A DNA stretch of 64,000 nt, from contig DIEX01000026.1 in NCBI GenBank assembly GCA_002418835.1, positions 72,547 through 136,546 of the forward strand. Direction: 5' to 3'. The DNA comes from Spirochaetia bacterium UBA5763. GTDB lineage: Bacteria; Spirochaetota; UBA4802; UBA5550. Both the position numbers and the translations under genes were made by a program. The notes beneath the pieces are model-generated. The model had not been told where the DNA came from. It ran no database searches and was given only the letters and a program-made list of their open reading frames with translations. Within the stretch, counting starts at the first letter, position 1, and the number at the start of each line of letters is the position of its first letter. Shown here in pieces: positions 53,108 through 63,800 of the stretch.

Positions 53108-53287
53108 TTACTTGCTCCCCATCTGCATTTTTTTCATTTTGCTTTTAAGAAGATTGATTTCAAGCATCAGATTGCCATATGTTGTATGCATCCCTTTGCT
53201 CTTGGCCTGCATTGCTTCCTCTTCTTTTTTCTTCAAAGAAACCTGCAGTCTATCCAATGTTTCTTTTGCACTAACTTTTGCGTTCAT
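53108..53287 (-). CDS. Unlisted small ORF (59 aa, predicted coiled coil) downstream of the R-M genes
   Basis: My own translation gives MNAKVSAKETLDRLQVSLKKKEEEAMQAKSKGMHTTYGNLMLEINLLKSKMKKMQMGSK. GGAGGT lies 5 nt upstream of the ATG. At 59 aa it is just below the apparent ~60-aa lower size limit of the supplied ORF track. The overlapping plus-strand ORFs look like antisense artefacts. Confidence 0.35.
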   Translation of the reverse strand: MNAKVSAKETLDRLQVSLKKKEEEAMQAKSKGMHTTYGNLMLEINLLKSKMKKMQMGSK

Positions 53288-53494
53288 GAAAAACCTCCGT
53301 ATATTCAGAGCGTTTTAATAATCCTCAATAATCCGTTTAAAGATCACCTTAAAATCATTAAAAGTCTCAATGCTCTTTTACAGTATAAGATATTGGCTGA
53401 TTAATGTCAAAAATAAAAATGAAAAAAAGCCCATTTTTTTACAGTTATTCTTTCATATTCAGCCCATAGGGGCTAATTCAGTTATGTCGTGTTA

Positions 53495-53998
53495 TCAGCG
53501 GAATGTGCGGTTGGCCCACTGAATAAAACCGCTCAGTGTGAAAACATCAAGATGCTTATCCATATTCTGTTCATTTCTGTAGAGATTATTTTCTGCTGCA
53601 TTCCTGAGCCATTGCACCGCGCCCTCTCTTGCACCGCCGCCATCTACAATTATGACGATGTGATTTTCGGGCATTGCTTCAATGCAGTTGAGATACAGGT
53701 ATGGAAATTTTTCATCAACGCTCCCCCCTGACTGCTGCCATTTGCATTCAATGCGGATTTCAAGATTATATTTTTCAGACTTAAGCAGAAATTCAGTATA
53801 CCCGTCGTGGCCGTATATATTTTTAAAAGGAACATTTTTAAGGAGGAGCTCCGAACCGAAATTATCTCTGTGCCTGTTCCACTCGCTCCACATGACAGCT
53901 TCAAAACCTTTACGCGTAAAAGTGGAAATCACAGCTTCTTCGAGAACCTTACCCTGGCCGCTGGCGAGAGAACCCTTCTTTCTATTCTGCTCCGGCAT
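53495..53998 (-). CDS. Small PD-(D/E)XK-like nuclease, a putative type II restriction endonuclease
   Basis: The candidate catalytic motif is GHDGY..(E)IRIECKWQ (D..ExK). The gene overlaps the 3' end of the upstream methyltransferase gene by 17 nt. Confidence 0.5.
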   Translation of the reverse strand: MPEQNRKKGSLASGQGKVLEEAVISTFTRKGFEAVMWSEWNRHRDNFGSELLLKNVPFKNIYGHDGYTEFLLKSEKYNLEIRIECKWQQSGGSVDEKFPYLYLNCIEAMPENHIVIIVDGGGAREGAVQWLRNAAENNLYRNEQNMDKHLDVFTLSGFIQWANRTFR

Positions 53999-54923
53999 TT
54001 TTTTCCTTCAGCTTTTCCACACGTTTAACAGTGAGATCACAATAACCCTGGTTTATTTCAATTCCGATATAGTTCCGTCCGCCAAGGAGTTGAGAAGCAA
54101 TTCCCGTTGTACCTGCACCGTTGAATGGATCAATAATCAGATCACCGGGATTTGTTGATGCAGCTACGATTCTTTTAAGGAGAGCAAGGGGCTTCTGCGT
54201 GGGATGCTTGCCCGATCCCTTTTCATTCTGCGGAGGGGTGGGGATACTCCAGACTGAGCGCATCTGCGTGTTCTCCTTCTTCATCTTATCTTCCGGGAAC
54301 TCACCGTTTTTCATCAGTTCATAATTGAAGGTATGTTTTGCTTTTTTATCTTTGCGCGCCCAGAGGACTGTTTCATGTGATGCTGTAAAAAAACGGCAGC
54401 TCAGATTAGGTGAAGCATTCGGCTTGAACCATGTAATATCATTAAGCAGATGAAAGTTAAGCTTCTGAAGGAGAAAACCGCACTGGTAAATACTGTGGTA
54501 CGTACCGCTAATCCAGATTGTGCCTTCAGGCTTCAGAACCCTCCTGCATGCTGAAATCCATATCTCGTGAAACTTCATATCTTCGTCAAAGCCGCTGCTC
54601 TTGTCCCACTTCCCTTTGTTTACGCTTACCATCTTTCCATTCTGGCATGTGAACCCGTCATTGGAAAGCATGTAGGGCGGATCAGCAAATATCATGTCCA
54701 CCGAGTTTTCCGGGATCCTCTCCAGTATCTCAAGGGAATCATCGTTATATAGAATAAAACCATCCGATTTGTAATAAGGCATTATCGAGCCATGCGACGG
54801 ATGAGATATGTTCTCCATAAGCTTAGTCAAATCCCTGTTAGAGGATTTTCCTTTTTTGGATACAGCAGTTTTTTTCTTTCCAGGATTTGAATTCATATAT
54901 TTTCCGTTATGAATATATTTCAT
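53982..54923 (-). CDS. Beta-class N6-adenine/N4-cytosine DNA methyltransferase
   Basis: Motif IV IFADPPYML precedes motif I IIDPFNGAGTTG. This is the circularly permuted beta order of the N4/N6 MTase family. Confidence 0.9.
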   Translation of the reverse strand: MKYIHNGKYMNSNPGKKKTAVSKKGKSSNRDLTKLMENISHPSHGSIMPYYKSDGFILYNDDSLEILERIPENSVDMIFADPPYMLSNDGFTCQNGKMVSVNKGKWDKSSGFDEDMKFHEIWISACRRVLKPEGTIWISGTYHSIYQCGFLLQKLNFHLLNDITWFKPNASPNLSCRFFTASHETVLWARKDKKAKHTFNYELMKNGEFPEDKMKKENTQMRSVWSIPTPPQNEKGSGKHPTQKPLALLKRIVAASTNPGDLIIDPFNGAGTTGIASQLLGGRNYIGIEINQGYCDLTVKRVEKLKEKNAGAE

Positions 54924-54967
54924 TTATCAATGTCTCCCCTGGAATCCTCTCTTGCATGCTATTCCTT

Positions 54968-54991
54968 GCCCCCTCCGGGGGTGCGGGGGGA
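54968..54991. repeat. GC-tract hairpin element related to the one at 11101-11126
   Basis: The sequence gccccctccgggggtgcgggggga shares GGGGGTGC..GGGGGGA with 11101-11126. Confidence 0.45.
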
Positions 54992-55041
54992 AGTAATTTC
55001 CTCTGACATTCAGGGGGAAAGATACTGGAGATAAAGCGGAT

Positions 55042-56283
55042 TCATAATGCCCTATATCCTATATCCTTCCTGTGAAAAGCTCCGTCGAATTCTATTCGAT
55101 CAATTTCAGCGTAAATTTTATCTTTTGCTTCCCGTAATGTATCTCCGAATGCTGTTACATTAAGTACCCGTCCGCCGGAAGTTATAACATCACCATTCTT
55201 TCTGTCTGTACCCGCATGGAATACCATTATATTATCAGAAACTGTATCCAGGCCGGATATAACTTTCCCTTTCTCATATTCTCCCGGATAGCCCCCTGCT
55301 GCAACAACCACTGTCATTGCATGGGCCTTTTTGAATTTCAGATCTATATCCTTCAGTTTCCCCTCAACTGACGCTTTTAGCAGATCTCCGAGTTTCATAT
55401 CAAGTAGCGGGAGTATCACCTGAGTTTCAGGATCTCCAAACCGGGCATTAAACTCAAGCACCTTAATTCCCTCTTTTGTAATCATCACTCCCGCATAGAG
55501 AATCCCTTTAAACGGTGTCCCCTCTTTTCTCATGCCGTCAATTACAGGCTGAAGAACATGCGTGCGTATAAACTCGATTCTGTCAGGTGTTGCAACAGGA
55601 GCCGGGGCATAGGCCCCCATACCGCCGGTATTGGGCCCTTTATCTCCGTCAAACACCCGCTTGTGATCCTGTGCAGCAACAAGCGGTAGAACTGTGTAAC
55701 CGTCAGATATTCCAAGGACAGATGCTTCCTCTCCATCAAGAAACTCCTCAACGTAAACCCGGCTGTCATCTTTTACGTTCTCGTTGATGAACGCAATAGC
55801 CTCCTCCCTGCTTTCGGGGATGCCGACACCCTTTCCTGCTGCAAGGCCGTCGAGTTTTATAACTATGGGAAACTTATCCTGTTTATTAACAAAATCAATT
55901 ATTCCGCTTTTTCCTGTAAAATCCCAGTGACCTGCTGTGGGAACGCTGTAAGTCTCCATGATCCTCTTTGCGAAGAGTTTGCTCCCTTCAATCATTGCAG
56001 CTTTTCCGGAAGGTCCGAAACAGGGGATTCCTTTCTCATCAAAAAAATCGACTATTCCCTCAACCAGCGGAACCTCGGGCCCCACTACAACCATGTCGAT
56101 CAATTTCTCTTTGCAGAATTTATGGAGGCCGTCAAAATCATCTACCTTAATATTAACCCTGAATTTATCTTCTATACCGCCATTACCCGGTGCAACATAA
56201 ACCTCAGTTGCGCTTCCATCATTTATTAATCTCCAGGCAATGGCATGTTCCCTCCCGCCTGAACCGACTACAAGATATTTCAT
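55042..56283 (-). CDS. purD: Phosphoribosylamine-glycine ligase
   Basis: The protein begins MKYLVVGSGGREHAIAWRL and has an ATP-grasp domain ending ..VLEFNARFGDPE. I prefer the start at 56283 because GGAG lies 6 nt upstream (the ORF track starts at 56295). Confidence 0.95.
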   Translation of the reverse strand: MKYLVVGSGGREHAIAWRLINDGSATEVYVAPGNGGIEDKFRVNIKVDDFDGLHKFCKEKLIDMVVVGPEVPLVEGIVDFFDEKGIPCFGPSGKAAMIEGSKLFAKRIMETYSVPTAGHWDFTGKSGIIDFVNKQDKFPIVIKLDGLAAGKGVGIPESREEAIAFINENVKDDSRVYVEEFLDGEEASVLGISDGYTVLPLVAAQDHKRVFDGDKGPNTGGMGAYAPAPVATPDRIEFIRTHVLQPVIDGMRKEGTPFKGILYAGVMITKEGIKVLEFNARFGDPETQVILPLLDMKLGDLLKASVEGKLKDIDLKFKKAHAMTVVVAAGGYPGEYEKGKVISGLDTVSDNIMVFHAGTDRKNGDVITSGGRVLNVTAFGDTLREAKDKIYAEIDRIEFDGAFHRKDIGYRAL

Positions 56284-56368
56284 TCTGTTCTCCATATATA
56301 GTTATTCATTAATTTCAGTATTTCATACGTCCTGTTCTGAAACAACCACTTGTGATCGCAGATAAGCT

Positions 56369-56409
56369 CTGTCATTTATCACCCGTTCAATTCTTCGGGT
56401 GAGAAATCT
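56369..56409. repeat. Interspersed element, locus D (divergent core, same termini)
   Basis: The sequence is ctgtcattt-atcacccgttcaattcttcgggt-gagaaatct. The core forms a 7-bp hairpin (tcacccg/cgggtga) just downstream of the phosphomutase stop on the minus strand. Confidence 0.55.
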
Positions 56410-56414
56410 ATAAC

Positions 56415-57950
56415 TCACTCACCACAGTATTTCACCACAGCATCATAATTAATGTTGCTCAACTGCTTAAAAAACTCCGCGAGTTTTCCTGTAATTTTTT
56501 TTACTCCCCCTTCAAGCTCTGACTCAACATTAAGCGGAAGCACAGGGTCATGGAGAGAGAGTCTCAACAGAAACCAGCCCTTTTCATCTTTAGAAGTACA
56601 TGACACTCTCAGTCCTTCATAATTCACCGGTGCAGCAGTCCACCCTTCAACTTTCTCTATGTATGACTTCAACCCTTCTATAATCTTTTCACCCTGGGCA
56701 GCAAAATTTTCATCAAGCAGCTTAACACGGAACTCCTTCTCCTCCGCAGGCTGCTTAAGACCTTCAAGCATTGAAAGGAGCCCGGAATTTTTCTCCAGCC
56801 TGAGCCTTGCTGCAAGAATCAGAATCTTTGCTACGAGATATGCTCCGTCATCAAGGAAATAATTCTCCTTCATTGCACCGTGTCCGGAGGTTTCTATTGC
56901 AAGGTGACACTCTTCTCCAATGCCGTTAAGCCTCACCGCCTCGTTAATTACATTCTTATATCCGCGTTTGAAACGGAGATGTTTCCCTTTAAGCTTCTGC
57001 TCAATAAATTCTGTTAATCCGTCAGATGTTACAGAATCGGTTACTATAGTTGTGCCCGGGTGCTCCTCGAGAACTATCGCGGACAAAAGAGCAATAAGCG
57101 TATTCCTGTTAACAATCTCACCTGACCCGTCAACAACAGCAGCTCTGTCAACATCCGTATCAAAAATTAATCCAAGATCAGCTTTAGAATTAATTACAGC
57201 TTTCTGTATAGATTTCATTGCCTCATCATTTTCAGGATTCGGCTCATGGTTGGGGAACATCCCGTCAGGCTCAAGAAACTGGCTCCCCGTTGTGTCTGCA
57301 CCCAGGGGGGTGAGGACTTTATCAGCGAAGAATCCACCGGCACCGTTACCGGCATCAACGATTATTTTCATCCCTGAAAGGGGTTTTTCGTAATCTTTAC
57401 CGCTTTTGATTCCGCTCCTTATCTTATCGACAAAAAGAGATGCATATCTCTCCATCAGTGGAAGCTTATCACCTTCAGCAGATGAAATTTCTGCAGGAGG
57501 AGTAAGTTCAGATGCTGTTTTAAGTATAGCTGAGATGTCCCCTTTCTCGAGCCCCCCTTCTGATATAAAAAACTTGAAGCCGTTGCGGTTGAATGGAAGG
57601 TGGCTTGCTGTTATCATCACAGCTCCGCTGCATTGAAATTCATCAAATATTGTACTCATAAACATCGCGGGAGTTGACGAAAGCCCGCAATCAGCAAATG
57701 ATGCCCCGGAAGATGTAATTCCGTATGCAAGCCCCTCTTTCAAAGCAGGACCGGTTATCCTTGAATCCATCCCGATGGATATTTTTAAATTTGAAATCGC
57801 TACCCCTTTTTTTTCAGAGAGCCACTTCACAAACGCAGCGCCGATACATGATGCAGTTTCTGGAGTTAGATTAACCTTCTCATCCCCCTTTTCAATTGCA
57901 ACTCCCCTTATATCTGATCCATTCTGCAGTTTTTTCCAGTCAATACTCAC
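56415..57950 (-). CDS. Phosphoglucomutase/phosphomannomutase-family phosphohexomutase
   Basis: The active-site Ser loop is ITASHLPFNRNG, the metal loop is FDTDVDR, and the sugar loop is ETSGHG. Confidence 0.85.
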   Translation of the reverse strand: MSIDWKKLQNGSDIRGVAIEKGDEKVNLTPETASCIGAAFVKWLSEKKGVAISNLKISIGMDSRITGPALKEGLAYGITSSGASFADCGLSSTPAMFMSTIFDEFQCSGAVMITASHLPFNRNGFKFFISEGGLEKGDISAILKTASELTPPAEISSAEGDKLPLMERYASLFVDKIRSGIKSGKDYEKPLSGMKIIVDAGNGAGGFFADKVLTPLGADTTGSQFLEPDGMFPNHEPNPENDEAMKSIQKAVINSKADLGLIFDTDVDRAAVVDGSGEIVNRNTLIALLSAIVLEEHPGTTIVTDSVTSDGLTEFIEQKLKGKHLRFKRGYKNVINEAVRLNGIGEECHLAIETSGHGAMKENYFLDDGAYLVAKILILAARLRLEKNSGLLSMLEGLKQPAEEKEFRVKLLDENFAAQGEKIIEGLKSYIEKVEGWTAAPVNYEGLRVSCTSKDEKGWFLLRLSLHDPVLPLNVESELEGGVKKITGKLAEFFKQLSNINYDAVVKYCGE

Positions 57951-58133
57951 ATTAAGGCTCCTGAATTTTTTCAGAATCTAACAGTTTATCCGGTATACTG
58001 TCAATGAATTTAATGAGACGGAATCCGGTAAAAAATAGTGAGCGGCGCTAAGTCCATCACCTTATCATTATTGACAAAATAGTTTTATAAATCACTCTGT
58101 TATTGCTATAATTAAAAGATAAAAGGGAATACT

Positions 58134-58793
58134 ATGAAACTTAAAATTTTCGCTGTTACGCTTCTTATTTTTATCTCACCGCTTTTTCTTTCAGCAGAGG
58201 AGGGTGAGTCTGTTACTCTTGAAGAACAGCTCTACGCCGGTTTTTCAAACAGTGTAATAAATTCAGCAGTTGTTAATTTACGGGAAAAACCGGATGCAGG
58301 CTCAAAAGTTATTACAAAGCTGAAGAAAGGAAATAAAATAACTGTTATTGAACAGACAGGGAGCGCCATCTTTGTTGATAAATACTTAGGAGTATGGCTT
58401 AAAGTCAGCACTGCAACAGGTAAAAATGGATATGTACTCAGCAGTTTTGTAAACTCGCCTGCAAACAAAGTGGAACATTTCCATGTTTTTTTTGAAAGAT
58501 TTAAAACCGCGTGGATAAAGAAAAATATAAAAGAAGTTTCCAGCCATACATTGTTTCCTCTTCAGTACCTGGAGGCTTTTGAAGGGACAGTTGAATCACT
58601 CGAAATACAAAAAAACGAATTCTTTAAAAAGGCATCTATAAAAGAACCACACATGTACAAAATGACATTTGAAAAAGAATCTGACAGTTCAATCCTTGTC
58701 CACTACGGTTATGAAGCTCAGCAGTACACGCTCTTTTTCATGATTGCTGATGGCAAATGGAAACTTTTTAAAATAAAGATCTCCTCATGCTGA
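58134..58793 (+). CDS. Secreted SH3b-domain protein
   Basis: The signal is MKLKIFAVTLLIFISPLFLSA. The SH3_3-like segment is VVNLREKPDAGSKVITKLKKGNKITVIE..GVWLKV..GKNGYV. Confidence 0.55.
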   Translation: MKLKIFAVTLLIFISPLFLSAEEGESVTLEEQLYAGFSNSVINSAVVNLREKPDAGSKVITKLKKGNKITVIEQTGSAIFVDKYLGVWLKVSTATGKNGYVLSSFVNSPANKVEHFHVFFERFKTAWIKKNIKEVSSHTLFPLQYLEAFEGTVESLEIQKNEFFKKASIKEPHMYKMTFEKESDSSILVHYGYEAQQYTLFFMIADGKWKLFKIKISSC

Positions 58794-58870
58794 ACTCATA
58801 AATAAATTATTCTTTACATGGAGACCTGTGAAAACAATCTATTCAGAAAATTATACTTCCGGAGAAACTA

Positions 58871-59905
58871 ATGGCAATTACCTATAAAGACGCAGGCGTT
58901 GATGTTGAAGGTGGAAACAGGTTTGTAAAAAAGATTGCGCCCTTTGTACGCTCAACTTTTACTAAAAGCGTACTGACAGACATCGGCGGATTCGGTGCGC
59001 TTTACGACGCGGGTTTTAAAGACATGGATGAGCCTGTGCTTGTATCCGGAACTGACGGTGTGGGTACAAAACTGAAGATTGCCCAGATGATGGATAAGCA
59101 TGACACAATCGGAATAGATGCAGTTGCCATGTGTGTAAATGATATAATTGTCAGCGGCGCGAAACCTCTATTCTTCCTCGATTATATCTCCTGCGGCAGA
59201 CTTAATGTTGACAGGATGGCGGATGTTGTAAAGGGTATAGCTGAAGGATGCCTGCGCGGCAAATGCTCACTTGTTGGCGGAGAGACCGCAGAACACCCTG
59301 GCGTAATGAAGGATGACGAATACGATATCGCGGGATTCTCTGTTGGCGTTGTGGATAAAAAAAAGATTATCAATGGTGAAAAAATTACAGCCGGTGATGT
59401 AATCATAGGCCTTCCATCAAGCGGCATACATTCAAACGGCTATTCCCTTGTACGAAAGCTCCTGCTGGAGCAGAAGAAATATCAGCTCTCCATGACCTTC
59501 GCTGAACTGGGAATGACCCTTGGCGAGGCTCTTCTCACTCCGACTATTATATATGTTGAACAACTGATGGAGTGCCTGAATACAGGAGCGGATATTAAAG
59601 GAATTGTGCATATAACAGGGGGCGGATTCTACGAAAACATCCCGCGAATCCTTCCGGAAAATACTGCTGTTAAGATTGAAAAAGACTCATACCCCGTTCT
59701 ACCTGTTTTTAAACTGCTGCAGAATGAAGGGAAAATTGAGGAGAGGGAGATGTACACAACCTTTAATATGGGTATCGGGATGATGCTTTTTGCGGACAGA
59801 AATTCAGCTAACAGCATAGTAAACACCCTGAAAAAAGCCGGGCACACCCCTTATTTTATAGGCGAAGCGGTTAAGAAATCTGAAGCTCCGGTAATCCTTG
59901 TGTAA
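58871..59905 (+). CDS. purM: Phosphoribosylformylglycinamidine cyclo-ligase (AIR synthetase)
   Basis: Motifs are YKDAGVDVEGGN, GTDGVGTKL, DYISCGRL, GGETAEHPG and HITGGG. Confidence 0.95.
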   Translation: MAITYKDAGVDVEGGNRFVKKIAPFVRSTFTKSVLTDIGGFGALYDAGFKDMDEPVLVSGTDGVGTKLKIAQMMDKHDTIGIDAVAMCVNDIIVSGAKPLFFLDYISCGRLNVDRMADVVKGIAEGCLRGKCSLVGGETAEHPGVMKDDEYDIAGFSVGVVDKKKIINGEKITAGDVIIGLPSSGIHSNGYSLVRKLLLEQKKYQLSMTFAELGMTLGEALLTPTIIYVEQLMECLNTGADIKGIVHITGGGFYENIPRILPENTAVKIEKDSYPVLPVFKLLQNEGKIEEREMYTTFNMGIGMMLFADRNSANSIVNTLKKAGHTPYFIGEAVKKSEAPVILV

Positions 59906-60008
59906 TAGTTGTTTTAAATATTCCAGTACATCGTATAAAATTACGAAATTTAACAGATGATTCTGCCGATAATTTATTGTAACTGATATACTATCCAGAG
60001 GGATAAAC

Positions 60009-60734
60009 ATGCGCAGAACAATAGGAATCCTCCTTGTACTATTACTTGCTATTTCGGCATTCGGGCAGAACCAGCCGGGAAACACTACCAACGGAAAAAC
60101 TCCGGCAGCCGAAGATAATAAAACTAATGTAAAGCCCGCAGGCACTGATGAAAAAAAAGCTGACAAAGCGGCAGACACTACAGGCGACAAAATTTCAACT
60201 CTGCCCGAAGGATACGCAAACCTAACCTGGGGCACTTACCTTTCAGATGCAAAAGATAAAATAAGCGGCAGGCTTACATATACAGATGATAAAACAGTAA
60301 TTATCTCAAAAGAAAATGAACTTCAGTACTATTACGGTTTTTTCTATAAGGATCCCGAAACTGCTGAAAAATCGGCTGAAAAAACGGAGACATCTGATAC
60401 AGCAAAAGCAGATGAAACAAATCCGCCCAGAGATGAAGGTCGCCTTTTCTACGTTTCACTGAACTTCCCGTATCTGGACAAGGATGCTGTTTATGAAAAG
60501 ATAAAGAAGAAGTACGGTGTTCATTCAGGAGAAACATTAAAAGACAACCAGGGGGCTATTGCCTGGGACTCAGAGAAAACTGTTGTTTTAATGTGGGTTG
60601 ACCGCTATGAAAAAAAACCTTACTGCCGGAGAATTATATATATAAGCAAGGATATTGCAAAAGAGCTTAATGACTACACAAATACAATATTCAACAAGAC
60701 AGAGATTGAGCTTATGAAAAAACTCAATCCGTAA
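60009..60734 (+). CDS. Secreted hypothetical protein
   Basis: The signal is MRRTIGILLVLLLAISAFG. A low-complexity T/K/A/D-rich linker precedes a globular C-terminus. Confidence 0.5.
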   Translation: MRRTIGILLVLLLAISAFGQNQPGNTTNGKTPAAEDNKTNVKPAGTDEKKADKAADTTGDKISTLPEGYANLTWGTYLSDAKDKISGRLTYTDDKTVIISKENELQYYYGFFYKDPETAEKSAEKTETSDTAKADETNPPRDEGRLFYVSLNFPYLDKDAVYEKIKKKYGVHSGETLKDNQGAIAWDSEKTVVLMWVDRYEKKPYCRRIIYISKDIAKELNDYTNTIFNKTEIELMKKLNP

Positions 60735-60751
60735 AAACGTATTTTATACTT

Positions 60752-60786
60752 AAAAAAAAGGGGGCATTGAAAGCCCCTTTTTTTTA
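60752..60786. terminator. Bidirectional rho-independent terminator
   Basis: The sequence is aaaaaaaagggggc-attgaaa-gccccttttttttt, between convergent genes. Confidence 0.8.
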
Positions 60787-60804
60787 TTCATCAACATAGC
60801 AGTG

Positions 60805-63800
60805 CTACATATGAACAATAAACACAGGTACAAGACCTATTCCGTCACTGAGAGAATCAAGAGCCTTCCCTATTACAGTGCCGACTTTTTCAAACGAATC
60901 AATTTTCCCTTTCATACCGCATCCGGGAGTATCTGACGCAACAATCAGATCGCCGGGTTTAACAGGATTATTCCTCGCATCAATTCTGCAGAGAGCTTTA
61001 CCTGAAAGAGAAACGGGATAGAGTCTCTCCTCTTTTCCTGAATTATTTATAGCAAGATAGGGGTTTCCTGAAACAATTCCTATAACGGATCTGTTATATC
61101 TCTTTTTTGATCTGGATAAAACTGAATTTCCATTTTCACTCACAACAAGAAGGTCTCCAGGTGTTACAAACTCCGCCTCATCAACTTCAAATAGTTCAAC
61201 TATCCCTCCGGGGAATTCCTGATTTTTCCCGTCACCGTTAAGATTAACCCTGCCGTGAAAATCAGAACTGCCCATTGCCAATATAGCCTTCCCCTCACCC
61301 TGAAGATTCATGGTGCTGTCGAACCTGTTCATAGTCGGGCCATAACCGTCAGCGATGAGCGAAAAATCATGCTCACTGCTGAACACCCCCCCTGCGCCGA
61401 ATCTGGATGCTCCGGCAACACCGGCTCCTGTTCCGGAATCCCCGGTTGCCTGTCCACGTACACCAACATGCCTGCTGTGGCCCATAACTCCATAAGCATT
61501 AATCTTCTCTTTCGCGTTAGCACCGGCAATACCTGTTATACCAATGGCAAATGTCTTCTCTGATGTATTGTTCGCATAAACAACAGCGGAACCGTCAGAT
61601 GGCGGAGTCACATCGCTGAAAGGTTCATTCTTCTCCGCTCTGATTGCAACTGTTCCTGTATGACTGTTATGGTCATGCTTAACCGGAGCGTAATCATGAG
61701 TATGAGGGAGAGGATCCCTGTTGTCACTGAGCCTTACATCGTCCGCCTGTACAACAGCACCGGTTGTGCTCTCTCCGTTTCCGGCAAGCTTTACAATGCC
61801 CGAAGCTGACTCAGTTGCAGCTTTAAGCCTTCTGTCATTACCCTGCACAACAACTTCAGGAGCGTCCTCGCCATTTTCAGCAAGTTCGACTATTCCTCTG
61901 CTCACTGTGGTTGCAGGTTTAAGCCTTTTGTCATTACCCTGCACAGCCACACCATCTTTATCCTCTCCATTATCCGCAAGTTCAACTATACCTTTAGCTG
62001 AAGTTGTTGCATCACGAAGTCTTCTGTCATTACCCTGCACAGCTGTAAGAGCGTCTTTACCTCCGTCAGAGGCGAATTTCATTATTCCATAAGCAGTTTC
62101 TGAGGCCTCTTTCAGCCTTCTATCACTGCCCTGCACAGCAACTCCGTCTCTCTCTTCCCCATCCTCAGCAAGTTCTACTATACCCTTAGCAGATGTTGTT
62201 GCATCGCGAAGCCTTTTATCATTCCCCTGTACTGAAGTGCAGGCCTCTGTGCCTCCATCCGGAGCGAACTTAACTATACCTGTACTGATAGTTGTGGCCG
62301 GTTTCAGTCTCTTATCATTACCCTGTACTGCAACACCATCTTTATCTTCACCGTCTTCAGCAAGCTCAACTATACCTTTTGCAGATGTTGTAGCATCTTT
62401 TAATCTCCGGTCACTTCCCTGGACAACAACCCCCGGAGCAGTTTCACCATCCTCTGCAAGTTCAACTATACCCTTTGCTGATGTAGTGGAATCCTTTAGA
62501 CGGCTGTCGCTCCCCTGAACTGCAACTCCATCCCTCTCCTCACCATCTTCCGCAAGTTCAACTATACCTTTAACTGATGTGGTGGCATCCTTCAACCTTC
62601 TGTCATTTCCCTGAACCGCAACACCTGAGCTGTCCTCACCATCCTCTGCAAGTTCAACTATCCCCTTACTCACAGTTGTTGCGTCCTTCAACCTCCTGTC
62701 AGTGGAGATTACAACTGATCCCTCAACAACCGCTCCATCACCCGCGAGCTGTACTATGCCCTTAGAATATGTTGTAGCATCTTTAATTCTCCTGTCATTA
62801 CCCTGCACAACTGTTCCCTGGTTTGCTCCGCCGTCTTCAGCCAGAATTGTTATACCTGGAGAGGTTGTTGTAGCTTTCTGCAGCCTTGAATCATTACCGG
62901 AAACAACTGAATGTTCCCTGTATTCACCGTCTGAGCAGAGCCTCACTATACCGAAATTGTCCTCTGTCGCATGCTGGAGTCTGGAATCGCTGGCCTGCAC
63001 TGCTGCATTAGGAGTTGTTTCCCTGTCGTAAGCCAATTTCACAATACCTGGCTTCATTTCTGACGCAGGCTGAATCCTGCTGTCGTTAGCCTGAACCGCA
63101 ATGCCCGGCCTTGACTCACTGTCATTTGCAAGCTGCACAATACCCTTGAAAACAGTGCTTGCATCCCTTAATCTTGCGTCAGTGGACTGAACAACTCTTC
63201 CCGGCTCACTCTCACCGTCGCGGGCAAGTCGTACCATCCCCGCATGGAAAACAGATGCATGGGGAGCAATATCCCCTACATTATGTGTATGCAGATGGTT
63301 TACCGGAGCTGCTGATACCCCTAACTCCGCAACTCTGACTCCGTATTTTCCGGTAAGAAACTTCTTAGCCGGAGCTTCAAACCTGACAAAACGCGCGGGC
63401 CTTACATCTGTTAGCCAGCCATATCTTTTATTCGGCTCCGCCTCAAAACCGTTCTCATGTATTAATGTAATCCATATTTCATTATCAACTGATGTCTCTA
63501 TGTGAAAAGTATCAGGAAATCCGTCTATCGAAGATGTCAGCATAATCCTGTTAAGACAGCAGACTTTCCCCAGGTCAATGCAGACATTCTCCATTTTTCC
63601 TGCTGCTGCCTGCTCTGTTTCCCAGTAACTGCCGCCCTCTATTAGAAGATTCTCCGGACCGTTACCAGATGTGTAGCTGCTTGATTTTATCTCCTCTACA
63701 CCGAAAATGCCGGCTTCAACCCTCCCTATCTCGGAATAGTAGTTTGAGCCAAGTACTGCCGGATCTGTAATCAGAATCTTGAGGTACCTTACAACAGTAA

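Noticed and set aside
53060-53404. Plus-strand ORFs of 114 and 75 aa
   Set aside because: Their composition is rich in F, L, C and I, and they have no RBS. The opposite strand carries a 59-aa ORF with a good Shine-Dalgarno sequence, which I consider the more plausible, though still uncertain, gene.
61255-63031. Several plus-strand ORFs rich in S, T, P, A and L within the repeat gene
   Set aside because: They are antisense readings of the 96-bp tandem repeats. Their periodic S/T/P-rich sequence simply mirrors the minus-strand repeats.
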